64,000 nt of DNA from an uncultured Eubacteriales bacterium. Its GTDB lineage: Bacteria; Acidobacteriota; Aminicenantia; Aminicenantales; Aminicenantaceae. Positions 34,332-43,838 of the stretch are shown piece by piece. Position numbers and translations under genes: made by a program. Within the stretch, counting starts at the first letter, position 1, and each line of letters starts with the position of its first letter. The stretch is taken from NCBI GenBank assembly GCA_964406575.1, contig CAYOSH010000009.1, forward strand, positions 35,014 to 99,013, given 5' to 3'. The notes under the pieces are model-generated. The model was not told where the DNA came from, did no database searches, and worked only from the letters and a program-made list of their open reading frames with translations.

Positions 34332-35621
34332 ATGAAGAAGTATTTTATACTGTTTCTTGCCATTGTCTTTGTTTTCGAGGGATTTGCAGCTTTCTCTCAA
34401 ACAGAGGTCGATAATACAAATGATGTGCTGAAAGAATTGATCCAGGAAGCATTAGAGAACAATCCCAAGCTGGAGGCTGCTATTCAACGCGCATTATCTG
34501 CTGAAAAAGTCATACCTCAAGCTGGTGCCCTTCCTGATCCAGCGCTTACTTTCGGTTTGTCGAATCTTCCGGTCAATAGTTTTGCTTTTGATCAAGACCC
34601 GATGACAGGCAAAGTGATCGGAGTCATGCAGATGTTTCCTTTTCCGGGAAAATTGTCTCTTGCGACAGATATTGCAGAATACGAGGCTGCAGCAATTAAA
34701 TATCAGCGGGAAGAGATTCGAAACCAAATTATCCAAATGGTAAAACAGACATATTTTGACTTATATGCGACCGATCGAGCCATTGAAACGACTGAAAAAA
34801 ACAAAGCATTAATGGGACAGTTTGTTCAAGTAGCGGAGACAAAATACGCTACGGGATCAGGGCTTCAGCAGGATGTCCTTCGTTCTCAGGTCGAAATCTC
34901 CAAATTAGAAGACGATCTTATCATGTGGCAACAAAAAAGACTCTCTGTAGTCGCTAGGTTGAATGCATTACTGAATAGACCTGTTGATACTCTTGTTGAT
35001 AAGACACTTCCAGAGCTAAAGTTGCCTGATGGTCCAGTAACAATTTTTCCTGCCGAGAAAATAGAGCAGAATAGGCCGCTCTTGAAAGCCTGGAACGAAA
35101 GGATTCAAAAGGCGGAGACGGCCGTTAAACTTGCCGAGCGTGACATTTGGCCCAATTTCACAGTCGGAGCCAGTTACCGGCAGCGCAACCGTTTAGCTGA
35201 TGGCAGGCAGATGACTGACTTTTTTTCTGCCACTGTATCGCTGAACATCCCGCTCTACTTTAAGCGCAAGCAAAAGGCAAAAGTGGCAGAGAAAAAGTTG
35301 GGCTTCAATGCGACCAAGTCTGAGTATGAAAATGTAAAAATCAATATTTTATCGGAGATAAAGAGCATATTAGCTGAACTGGAGCGAAACCGGAAGAGAG
35401 TGGAATTGTATAAGGGCGGCATTCTCCTCCAGGCCCAGCAGTCACTTGAGTCTGCCCAAGCAGGCTACCGCGTGGGAAAAGTTGATTTTTTGACTCTTAT
35501 AAACAACTGGATGATGCTTCAGAATTATGAATTGCAGTATTTCTTTGCGGTATCCAATTTTTATAAAAATTTAGCGAATTACGAACTTGCGGTTGGCGGG
35601 AATGATATCCAAGGAAACTGA
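34332..35621 (+). CDS. TolC-family outer membrane factor (CusC-like)
   Basis: Signal peptide. Two repeated alpha/beta OMF halves, and the typical N-terminus LKELIQEALENNPKLEAA. Confidence 0.8.
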   Translation: MKKYFILFLAIVFVFEGFAAFSQTEVDNTNDVLKELIQEALENNPKLEAAIQRALSAEKVIPQAGALPDPALTFGLSNLPVNSFAFDQDPMTGKVIGVMQMFPFPGKLSLATDIAEYEAAAIKYQREEIRNQIIQMVKQTYFDLYATDRAIETTEKNKALMGQFVQVAETKYATGSGLQQDVLRSQVEISKLEDDLIMWQQKRLSVVARLNALLNRPVDTLVDKTLPELKLPDGPVTIFPAEKIEQNRPLLKAWNERIQKAETAVKLAERDIWPNFTVGASYRQRNRLADGRQMTDFFSATVSLNIPLYFKRKQKAKVAEKKLGFNATKSEYENVKINILSEIKSILAELERNRKRVELYKGGILLQAQQSLESAQAGYRVGKVDFLTLINNWMMLQNYELQYFFAVSNFYKNLANYELAVGGNDIQGN

Positions 35622-35669
35622 ATCGTATGGTTAATTATAGAGAAGAAAAAAACGACATAGGAGTATAGA

Positions 35670-37460
35670 ATGAAAGCAAAAATTTTCGCTATCCTTATTA
35701 TTGGGATTGTTATCGGAGCCACAGCGACCTATTTTATTGCGCCGATAGTAAGAACATCAGGAGGTGAAATTCCTGAAACTGGGGAGCAGCTCTATTCTTG
35801 TGGAATGCATCCAGAAGTCATTTCCGATAAACCAGGAAATTGCCCAATATGCGGAATGAAGCTCACGCCCATTAAAAATACCGCTCAGGATATAGGGCAA
35901 ATACAAACTGGCGAATCAGCACAAGAACGTAAGATCCTCTACTGGCGTGCTCCTATGGACCCCACAGAAATCTACGATAAACCCGGAAAATCCAAGATGG
36001 GAATGGACTTGATACCTGTTTATGAAGGTGAAGAAGCAGGGGGAGCAGGCAGCATAACCATTGATGGTGCTTTACAGCAGAACATGAATCTGCGAATTGC
36101 CAAAGTTGAGCGTCGGGATATCTCCAATGTGATCCGGGCTTACGGTAAAGTCACTTATGCGGAAGATCAAGAATACTCTGTCAATACAAAAATCAGTGGA
36201 TGGATTGAAAAGCTCTATGTCAACACCAGCGGTCAAAAAGTAGAAAAAGGTCAACCTCTATTAGAGATTTATTCGCCTGAATTGGTTTCTACCCAGGAAG
36301 AGTATCTGCTTGCCTTGAACAATTACGAAAAATTGGCTTCAAGTCCATACGAGAGTGTCCGAAAAAGCGCTGAAAAAATGGTCACTTTAGCAAGGGATCG
36401 TCTGGAATATTGGGATATTTCAAAAACTGAGATAGATAATATTGAAAAAACGGGCAAATCCCACCGGTCCATTCTTTTGCAGGCTCCAATAGCAGGCATT
36501 GTCACTCATAAAGCTGTGGTCGAAGGAGATAAAGTCGGTCCTGGCATGGATCTTTTCCTTATCGCGGACCTGAGTAAAATCTGGGTAGAAGCTTCTGTCT
36601 ATGAATCGGAACTCTCTTTCGTTAAAGTCGGACAAAAGGCCGAGCTTGAACTTGATCATCTTTTGGGGCAGAAACTGGAAGGAAAAGTTGATTTTATTTA
36701 TCCTTACCTCGATCAAAAATCGAGGGCAAATAACATCAGATTGGTGTTTAACAATCCTGATCTTTTCTTAAAACCCGATATGTACGCTACCGTTAGCATT
36801 TACAGCCATGCCGCCAGTGATTCATTGGCTATTCCCTCAGAGGCGATCATTCATTCTGGAAAGCGCAAGATTGTTTTTGTTACGAAAGGTGATGGAAAGT
36901 TTGATCCTCGAGAGATAAAAATCGGAGCAGAGTCCGAAGATGGGTACATCCAGGTCATCTCCGGCTTGTTCGATCATGAGGAGGTTGTAGTATCCGGGCA
37001 ATTTCTGTTGGATTCAGAAAGCAGGACCCGGGAAGCCATCGCCAAGATGCGGGCAGTCCAGACACAGAGGACTCAAAAAGTTTCCAAAGAAGAACAGAAA
37101 AGCGCCGCTGAATCTCATGAGATGGAACATGGAGTTGAGTCCGTCGAAAGAGCTCCAGAGACTGAATCACATGAAAAAGTCGAGCACAGTCATGAAGTCC
37201 AAGAACATGAAAAACAGGAGATTGATGCCGATAGGTTATACACCTGTCCCATGCATCCTGAATTCATTACCTCTGATCCTAACGCCAAATGTCCTGATTG
37301 TGGTATGAACCTCGTACCAATAAAGGAATTGGGTGATAAAGTCAATCTTGAAAAGGCTGAATTCTATACTTGTCCCATGCATCCCGATTTTTTAACTACA
37401 GATAGAAACGCTCGTTGTCCGGAATGCGGCATGAAACTGGAAAGGGCAAAAAAGAAATAG
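35670..37460 (+). CDS. cusB: RND periplasmic adaptor (CusB-like) carrying three Cys4 heavy-metal-binding domains
   Basis: MFP core (LLEIYSPELVSTQEEYL..., GIVTHKAVVEGDKVGPG...). Three HMBD modules: YSCGMHPEVISDKPGNCPICGMKL, YTCPMHPEFITSDPNAKCPDCGMNL and YTCPMHPDFLTTDRNARCPECGMKL. A His/Glu-rich linker is also present. Confidence 0.85.
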   Translation: MKAKIFAILIIGIVIGATATYFIAPIVRTSGGEIPETGEQLYSCGMHPEVISDKPGNCPICGMKLTPIKNTAQDIGQIQTGESAQERKILYWRAPMDPTEIYDKPGKSKMGMDLIPVYEGEEAGGAGSITIDGALQQNMNLRIAKVERRDISNVIRAYGKVTYAEDQEYSVNTKISGWIEKLYVNTSGQKVEKGQPLLEIYSPELVSTQEEYLLALNNYEKLASSPYESVRKSAEKMVTLARDRLEYWDISKTEIDNIEKTGKSHRSILLQAPIAGIVTHKAVVEGDKVGPGMDLFLIADLSKIWVEASVYESELSFVKVGQKAELELDHLLGQKLEGKVDFIYPYLDQKSRANNIRLVFNNPDLFLKPDMYATVSIYSHAASDSLAIPSEAIIHSGKRKIVFVTKGDGKFDPREIKIGAESEDGYIQVISGLFDHEEVVVSGQFLLDSESRTREAIAKMRAVQTQRTQKVSKEEQKSAAESHEMEHGVESVERAPETESHEKVEHSHEVQEHEKQEIDADRLYTCPMHPEFITSDPNAKCPDCGMNLVPIKELGDKVNLEKAEFYTCPMHPDFLTTDRNARCPECGMKLERAKKK

Positions 37461-37514
37461 TCAATCTCTCTTCTGATAAGTATGAGAAGGAATCTCTTTT
37501 GAAAAATTGAATGG

Positions 37515-40500
37515 ATGGAACGAAACATGCTGGAAAAAATTATTGAATGGTCTGTTAACAATCGGTTCTTAGTAACAATCGGCATCTTTGCTGTAATCCT
37601 TGCCGGAATTGTGTCAATACAAACAACACCTGTTGACGCCATACCTGATCTTAGTGATGTTCAGGTCATCATCCTCACCGAATATCCGGGCCAGGGGCCC
37701 AATGTTGTTGAAGATCAGGTGACGTATCCCTTAACAACAGCGATGCTGGCTGTCCCGTATGCGACTGTTGTCAGAGGGTATTCCTTTTTCGGTTTTTCAC
37801 TTGTTTACATCCTTTTCGAGGATGGCACTGACCTTTACTGGGCACGCAGTCGAGTGCTTGAGTATTTGAATTTTGCTGCAGGTCGACTGCCACAAGGCGT
37901 AATCCCTCAGCTCGGTCCCGATGCAACAGGGGTGGGATGGGTATATGAATACATTCTTGACGGCGGCGATAAATACGATCTCCAACAATTGAGGTCGATT
38001 CAAGATTGGTATTTACGGTATGAATTGGCCAGCGTTCCGGGCGTTAGTGAAGTAGCCAGCATCGGTGGTTTCGTTAAACAGTATCAGGTCGAGGTGGATC
38101 CTCTTAAACTTCAGGCTTATAACATCCCTCTTCAAAAAGTCAGAATGGCCATAAAACGAAGCAATAACGATGTCGGGGGCCGGCTGATCGAGATGGGTGA
38201 GACAGAGTTTATGGTCAGAGGGCTGGGATATATCAAGAATATCGGTGACTTGAAATCTGTTCCCGTTGGGATGGGACCGAATAATGCACCCATTCTCCTG
38301 AAGGATATTGCCAATATACATCTCGGTCCGGAGCTTCGGCGTGGAATAGCAGAGTGGAATGGAGAAGGCGAAACCGTTGGGGGGATCATTGTCATTCGGT
38401 TTGGCGAGAATGCTTTAAAAGTCATTGATGGAGTGAAGGCAAAGCTAGAGGAATTGAAAAAAGGTTTACCTGAGGGAGTGACTGTGAAAACAGCTTATGA
38501 TCGTTCCTCTTTGATAAAGCGTGCTATTTCGACTCTGAAAGAAAAATTACTCGAAGAGACTATCGTAGTGGCTCTAATCATCATTATTTTTCTCCTCCAT
38601 CTGTCGAGCTCATTTGTAGCTGTTTTTACTCTTCCGCTGGGGGTTTTAATGGCCTTTATTGTCATGAGGGCCCAAGGGCTCAATGCAAACATCATGTCAC
38701 TGGGAGGGATTGCAATTGCCATTGGGGTTATGGTGGATGCCGTTGTCGTCATGATCGAGAATGTCCATAAGCACATGGAAAGGGAGCCATATCAAAAAGG
38801 CAAAGAAAGGTGGGGTCTAATCATCAAGGCCTCAAAAGAGGTCGGACCTGCCTTGTTCTATTCATTGCTGATCATAACTCTTTCGTTTATTCCTGTCTTT
38901 ACCCTGCAGCAGCAGGAAGGAAGACTCTTTAAACCGCTGGCTTATACAAAGACATACGCCATGGCGGCATCTGCCTTCCTGGCCATCACAGTTGTTCCTG
39001 TATTAATGGGGTATTTTATTCGGGGTAAGATTAAACCGGAGGCTAAACACCCTCTTAGCAGAATTCTCATTAGATCGTATCGGCCTGTAATTCATTTTGT
39101 TCTTAAACATAAAATGGCTACAATCCTTGTAGCTGTACTGATTGTTCTTGTAAGCGTTTTCCCCTTCTCCAGACTCGGATCTGAATTTATGCCGCCTCTG
39201 AATGAAGGAGATTTGCTTTATATGCCAACCACTTTGCCAGGAATATCAGTCACGAAAGCCAAAGAGCTCCTTCAGCAAACAGACAAAATCATTGCCAGTT
39301 TTCCTGAAGTTGAATCTGTATTTGGGAAAATTGGACGAGCGGAGACAGCCACAGATCCCGCTCCTCTGACTATGATTGAGACCACCATCATGCTGAAGGA
39401 TGAAAAGGATTGGCGACCAGGAATGACCATAGAAAAACTGACAGAAGAGCTTAACGATGCTGTCCAATTTCCTGGTCTGACCAATGCCTGGACGATGCCT
39501 ATCAAAACGCGGATTGATATGCTGAGCACAGGTATTAAAACACCAGTAGGAATCAAACTTATGGGTCCTGACCTGCAAACTCTTAGCGATCTGGGAGAGC
39601 AGATTGAGGCTATCATACGTCAGGTTCCGGGAACTGGAAGTGTGATCTCGGAAAGGGTCACAGGAGGAAATTATTTAGACTTTATCATTAATAGAGAAGC
39701 GGCTGCACGCTACGGACTAACAGTAGGTGATGTTCAAGATATCATAATGTCTGCTATTGGCGGAATGAATGTAACGACAACTGTAGAAGGATTAGAGCGA
39801 TATCCTGTGAATGTGCGGTATAGCCGGGAATTGCGTGATAATTTACCTGCTCTAAAACGTGTCCTGATTCCAACACCGTCTGGGGCTGAAATCCCTCTTA
39901 GTCAAGTGGCAGATTTCCAGATTAATAAGGGACCTGCAGCCATCAAGAGCGAGAATGCCAGAAGAACAGCATGGCTGTATGTAGATCTACGGAATATTGA
40001 TGTTGGCTCTTATGTCAAAATGGCAAAGAAGGTTGTCGATACAACTGTGGAGTTTCCCCCGGGTTATAGTATCGTCTGGAGTGGGCAATATGAATATATG
40101 CAGCGCGCTCAGGAACGATTACGGCTTGTTGTTCCCGTAACACTATTGATTATTTTCTTGTTACTTTATTTCAATTTTAAAAACATCGGAGAAAGCCTGA
40201 TCATCATGCTGTCTCTCCCTTTTGCTCTGGTCGGTGGAATCTGGCTGATGTGGGTGAGCGGATACAACATGAGTGTGGCTGTGGGGGTCGGCTTCATTGC
40301 TCTGGCTGGCCTTGCTGCTGAAACAGGAGTCGTGATGTTGCTTTATATTGACAATGCCTATAAGGATCGTTTATTGCATGGACAGATGAACACCCGGGAA
40401 GATCTTCATGCCGCAATCGTACATGGAGCCGTGGAACGAGTGCGGCCGAAACTCATGACTGTCAGTACGACTATTATAGGATTGTTACCCATTATGTGGG

Positions 40501-40676
40501 GGCACGGAACCGGTTCACAGGTGATGAAACGTATAGCAGCACCAATGGTCGGAGGTCTGATCACATCCACGTTCCTCACTCTTATTGTGATTCCTGCGAT
40601 TTATTATCTATGGAGAGGAAGAAAATTGAGAGGGGATGAAAAGAAGGATCAGGACTATAAGCATCAAAGCGATTGA
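37515..40676 (+). CDS. cusA: HME-RND inner membrane pump, CusA-type (Cu(I)/Ag(I))
   Basis: Collinear with E. coli CusA as I recall it (TPVDAIPDLSDVQVII...GPDATGVGWVYEY...). The three Met of the CusA Cu site appear conserved (DLLYM, APLTM, RIDM). An alternative start at ATG 37527 fits the family N-terminus. Confidence 0.9.
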   Translation: MERNMLEKIIEWSVNNRFLVTIGIFAVILAGIVSIQTTPVDAIPDLSDVQVIILTEYPGQGPNVVEDQVTYPLTTAMLAVPYATVVRGYSFFGFSLVYILFEDGTDLYWARSRVLEYLNFAAGRLPQGVIPQLGPDATGVGWVYEYILDGGDKYDLQQLRSIQDWYLRYELASVPGVSEVASIGGFVKQYQVEVDPLKLQAYNIPLQKVRMAIKRSNNDVGGRLIEMGETEFMVRGLGYIKNIGDLKSVPVGMGPNNAPILLKDIANIHLGPELRRGIAEWNGEGETVGGIIVIRFGENALKVIDGVKAKLEELKKGLPEGVTVKTAYDRSSLIKRAISTLKEKLLEETIVVALIIIIFLLHLSSSFVAVFTLPLGVLMAFIVMRAQGLNANIMSLGGIAIAIGVMVDAVVVMIENVHKHMEREPYQKGKERWGLIIKASKEVGPALFYSLLIITLSFIPVFTLQQQEGRLFKPLAYTKTYAMAASAFLAITVVPVLMGYFIRGKIKPEAKHPLSRILIRSYRPVIHFVLKHKMATILVAVLIVLVSVFPFSRLGSEFMPPLNEGDLLYMPTTLPGISVTKAKELLQQTDKIIASFPEVESVFGKIGRAETATDPAPLTMIETTIMLKDEKDWRPGMTIEKLTEELNDAVQFPGLTNAWTMPIKTRIDMLSTGIKTPVGIKLMGPDLQTLSDLGEQIEAIIRQVPGTGSVISERVTGGNYLDFIINREAAARYGLTVGDVQDIIMSAIGGMNVTTTVEGLERYPVNVRYSRELRDNLPALKRVLIPTPSGAEIPLSQVADFQINKGPAAIKSENARRTAWLYVDLRNIDVGSYVKMAKKVVDTTVEFPPGYSIVWSGQYEYMQRAQERLRLVVPVTLLIIFLLLYFNFKNIGESLIIMLSLPFALVGGIWLMWVSGYNMSVAVGVGFIALAGLAAETGVVMLLYIDNAYKDRLLHGQMNTREDLHAAIVHGAVERVRPKLMTVSTTIIGLLPIMWGHGTGSQVMKRIAAPMVGGLITSTFLTLIVIPAIYYLWRGRKLRGDEKKDQDYKHQSD

Positions 40677-40787
40677 TGATCTTTGCATTCAATCATCCTC
40701 TCCGGAGTTATAGAGCGTTTACGGCTGCTCACATGTGGGCCTTGAGATAAGGAGTGCTTTTCAAAAAAGGATTCGTTTTAAAATTCA

Positions 40788-40829
40788 TTGACAAATACTA
40801 TAGATATTATAAAATATATATACTATAAG
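40788..40829 (+). promoter_or_regulatory. promoter-like AT-rich element with an internal ATACTATA direct repeat
   Basis: TTGACA (40788-40793) is followed by AATACTATAGATATTATAAAATATATATACTATAAG. ATACTATA occurs at 40795 and 40820. The element lies 28 nt upstream of the ATG at 40857. Confidence 0.35.
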
Positions 40830-40856
40830 AAGCATTTATTTCTAAAGGAGATTTTA

Positions 40857-41480
40857 ATGTCGAAGAAAACATTGCTACTGGTAGTATTTCTTGTTTTTTC
40901 AATGACTCTAGTAATGGTTGCGTTGGACAAGAGCGTGAATGATGAAACCCTGAAATGTCCGGTAAGCGGCAAAGAATTCAAAAAATCTGAAGCCACTCCG
41001 AAATATGAATACGAGGGAAAGACGTATTACTTCTGTTGTGAAAACTGCAAGGATGCTTTCATCAAAGATCCCGAGAAGTACACCATAAAGGAAGAGCCTG
41101 AAGGCCATATGCACCATCAGATGGAAGAACGCACAGAGGAACATGCCGGTCATATGCACGCCGAACAGGATAAAAACGGTATGGTTGTCGATCCCGTCTG
41201 TGGGATGGAGCTCAAAAAAGAAGATGCCAAGGCGACATATGAGCACAATGGCAAAACTTATTATTTCTGCACGGAGGAATGCAAGGATAAGTTCGTTAAA
41301 GAGCCCGGCAATTACATCAGGGCCGATGAAGATATCGTCACCTGTCCGGTGAGCGGTGAGTCGTTCAATAAATCGGAGTTCACCGAATCCATCGATTACG
41401 AAGGAAAGACCTATTATTTCTGCTGCTTGGGATGCAAAGAGAAGTTTGAAAAAAATCCGGAGAAGTACGTTAAGAAGTAG
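40857..41480 (+). CDS. exported protein with three tandem YHS domains and a His/Met-rich linker
   Basis: ATG 40857 after AAAGGAG. Signal/anchor MSKKTLLLVVFLVFSMTLVMVA. The YHS modules end ...YEGKTYYFCCENCKDAF, ...HNGKTYYFCTEECKDKF and ...YEGKTYYFCCLGCKEKF. The linker reads PEGHMHHQMEERTEEHAGHMHAEQ. Confidence 0.8.
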   Translation: MSKKTLLLVVFLVFSMTLVMVALDKSVNDETLKCPVSGKEFKKSEATPKYEYEGKTYYFCCENCKDAFIKDPEKYTIKEEPEGHMHHQMEERTEEHAGHMHAEQDKNGMVVDPVCGMELKKEDAKATYEHNGKTYYFCTEECKDKFVKEPGNYIRADEDIVTCPVSGESFNKSEFTESIDYEGKTYYFCCLGCKEKFEKNPEKYVKK

Positions 41481-41495
41481 TTATATATTTTTTTT

Positions 41496-42476
41496 CTACA
41501 AGATCCCCTTGTCTTTCAGCCAGGCATTGTTGTAGATCGAGCTGAGGTATCGATTGGCTGAGTCTGGAAAAATTGTGACGATTCTGGCATCCGTGTCAAT
41601 TTCCCGAGCTAACTTCAGGCATCCCCACAAGGCGGCACCACTCGATCCTCCGGCCAAGATAGCTTCTTTATTGGCCATTTCTCTGGTCATTTCAAATGCC
41701 TGTTTATCCGTGATTTTGTAAATATCGTCAATCAAGCTGAAATCAACACAGCCGATGAGAAACTCATCCCCCAAACCTTCAAGAAGATATGGCGAAGGTT
41801 TTATAAGTTCTTTGGAATGAAAATAGTCAAAAAAAACAGAACCTGCAGGATCGATTCCGATAACTTTTATGTTCGGATCTTTTTCTTTGAGATATTTGGC
41901 CACTCCACAGATCGTTCCACCTGTGCCGATGCCGGCTAAGAAATAGTCTATTTTTCCCTCCATTTGCTCCCAGATTTCAGGGCCGGTTATCTTGGTATGG
42001 GTTTCGTTATTCTCACGATTGTTGTGCTGATCGAGATAATAGCTATTGGGTGTATCTTTGGCTATCTGCGGTGCAAGGTTGTTATAGCTGCCGGGGGATT
42101 CAGGGGAGAGTGTACTGTCGACCATAATGAGTTCAACATTTAGAGCCTTGAGGAATTTTATTTTTTCAGAACTCAGACTGTCCCTGACGACGATTTTCAA
42201 CGAGTATCCTTTTATTGCGCAAACCATCGCCAAAGCAAGCGCCGTGTTTCCCGAAGAGTTATCCACAATTGTGTCTCCTGGCTTTATCCTACCTTCTTTC
42301 TCAGCCTTTTCGATCATGTGTTTGGCGATCCGATCCTTTATGCTCCCCATGGGATTCAAAAATTCGAGCTTGGCAAAAATATCTGCTCGGACCTCTTTTG
42401 TTATTTGATTTAGTTTGATCAATGGAGTATTGCCTATGCCTTCCAGGATATTATGAAAATATACTTCTTGTGACAT
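41496..42476 (-). CDS. PLP-dependent cysteine synthase / cystathionine beta-synthase family enzyme
   Basis: GNTPLIKL...NPMGSIKDRIA (PLP-Lys motif)...SSGNTALALA...GIGTGGTICG. Confidence 0.85.
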   Translation of the reverse strand: MSQEVYFHNILEGIGNTPLIKLNQITKEVRADIFAKLEFLNPMGSIKDRIAKHMIEKAEKEGRIKPGDTIVDNSSGNTALALAMVCAIKGYSLKIVVRDSLSSEKIKFLKALNVELIMVDSTLSPESPGSYNNLAPQIAKDTPNSYYLDQHNNRENNETHTKITGPEIWEQMEGKIDYFLAGIGTGGTICGVAKYLKEKDPNIKVIGIDPAGSVFFDYFHSKELIKPSPYLLEGLGDEFLIGCVDFSLIDDIYKITDKQAFEMTREMANKEAILAGGSSGAALWGCLKLAREIDTDARIVTIFPDSANRYLSSIYNNAWLKDKGIL

Positions 42477-42711
42477 GCTCTTCTATCCTTTTCTGTGGAG
42501 ATGATATCTTTTTATTTAGCGTACCTCAATTAAAGGGGAAATTATATAGCAACGCAAGAGTTGTAAGTCAATGCAAAAAAAAGAACGTGGTGAAAACATA
42601 GAGATTTCATGCACTAACGATTCAGGCTGCCTGACTGCTGAGAATAATTGAGATGCTGATAATTTGGCTTTTGGAGACAGTTTGAATCTGGTATCTTATG
42701 GGGGAAAGAAA

Positions 42712-43806
42712 ATGAATTCAAAAAGAGTTGTTGTGGCCATGAGCGGAGGGGTGGATTCCTCTGTTGCTGCAGGCCTCCTCTTAGAACAGGGGTATGAAGT
42801 GGTCGGTGTTACGATGAATCTTTTCCCTCTGCCAAAGGAGTTTTGTCTGGATAGCGGTTTAAAAAGCTGTTGTGGCCAAGGAGCTATCGCAGATGCAAAC
42901 CGGGTGGCTTTAAAATTGGGAATTCCCCATCATGTCTACAACCTCAAGGATTCTTTTGAAGACTTGGTTGTTTCAAATTTTGTCGAAGAGTATTCTCAAG
43001 GACGCACACCCAATCCCTGCATCCGGTGCAATCAGTTCATCAAGTTCGATGTGTTGATGCATAGAGCTCTAAAACTTGGGGCCAGCAAGATTTCCACAGG
43101 ACACCATGCGCGTATCGAAAAAGACGGTGGATCAGGTTTTTATTATCTCAGGAAGGGGATGGATTCAGAGAAGGACCAGTCTTACTTCCTCTACACCATG
43201 ACTCAAGACCAATTATCCAACACACTCTTTCCCGTGGGGGATTTCACCAAAGCAGAGATCAGAAAAAAGGCGCTTGAGTGGGGGCTTCCGGTGGCAGGCA
43301 GTCGGGAAAGCCAGGAGATCTGTTTTATTCCCGATGATAATTACGTTGGGTTTCTAAAAAAAAGAATTCCGGAAGCTTTCCGCCCCGGATCGATTGTCAA
43401 TAGAGAAGGCGATGTTTTGAACCACCATGACGGGATCATTCATTTCACAGTGGGGCAGCGGCGAGGTCTGGGGATAGCGGCGCCACACCCTCTCTATGTT
43501 CTCGAGATCAACAGCCTCAGGAATGAAGTCGTGGTCGGGCCAAATGAGTTGCTCTATAAAAAAGAACTTTTCGCTGATCAGGTCCATCGGATCGCTGGTG
43601 GAGAAACAGTCTCACCTGTACCGATTAAAGCAAGGATCCGCTATAAGCACAAAGAAGCTGAGGCCGACCTGAGCTTCTTGGATTCTGGGAGAGTCCGAGT
43701 GGAATTTGAAAAACCGCAGAGGGCTATCACTCCAGGCCAGGCTGTAGTCTTTTATGATGGGGACATTGTTCTCGGAGGTGGGATCATTGTATCGAGTGGA
43801 TATTGA
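42712..43806 (+). CDS. mnmA: tRNA-specific 2-thiouridylase
   Basis: RVVVAMSGGVDSSVAA (PP-loop), TPNPCIRCNQFIKF, KDQSYFL. Confidence 0.9.
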   Translation: MNSKRVVVAMSGGVDSSVAAGLLLEQGYEVVGVTMNLFPLPKEFCLDSGLKSCCGQGAIADANRVALKLGIPHHVYNLKDSFEDLVVSNFVEEYSQGRTPNPCIRCNQFIKFDVLMHRALKLGASKISTGHHARIEKDGGSGFYYLRKGMDSEKDQSYFLYTMTQDQLSNTLFPVGDFTKAEIRKKALEWGLPVAGSRESQEICFIPDDNYVGFLKKRIPEAFRPGSIVNREGDVLNHHDGIIHFTVGQRRGLGIAAPHPLYVLEINSLRNEVVVGPNELLYKKELFADQVHRIAGGETVSPVPIKARIRYKHKEAEADLSFLDSGRVRVEFEKPQRAITPGQAVVFYDGDIVLGGGIIVSSGY

Positions 43807-43838
43807 GCTGTCTATCAGGCTGATAGGATACTGTTTCT

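Noticed and set aside
27446-41480. Mobile-element hallmarks (integrase, transposase, flanking direct or inverted repeats, tRNA attachment site) around the copper island.
   Set aside because: None was found by reading the flanks (27243-27445 and 41481-41500), so the island is not called a mobile element.
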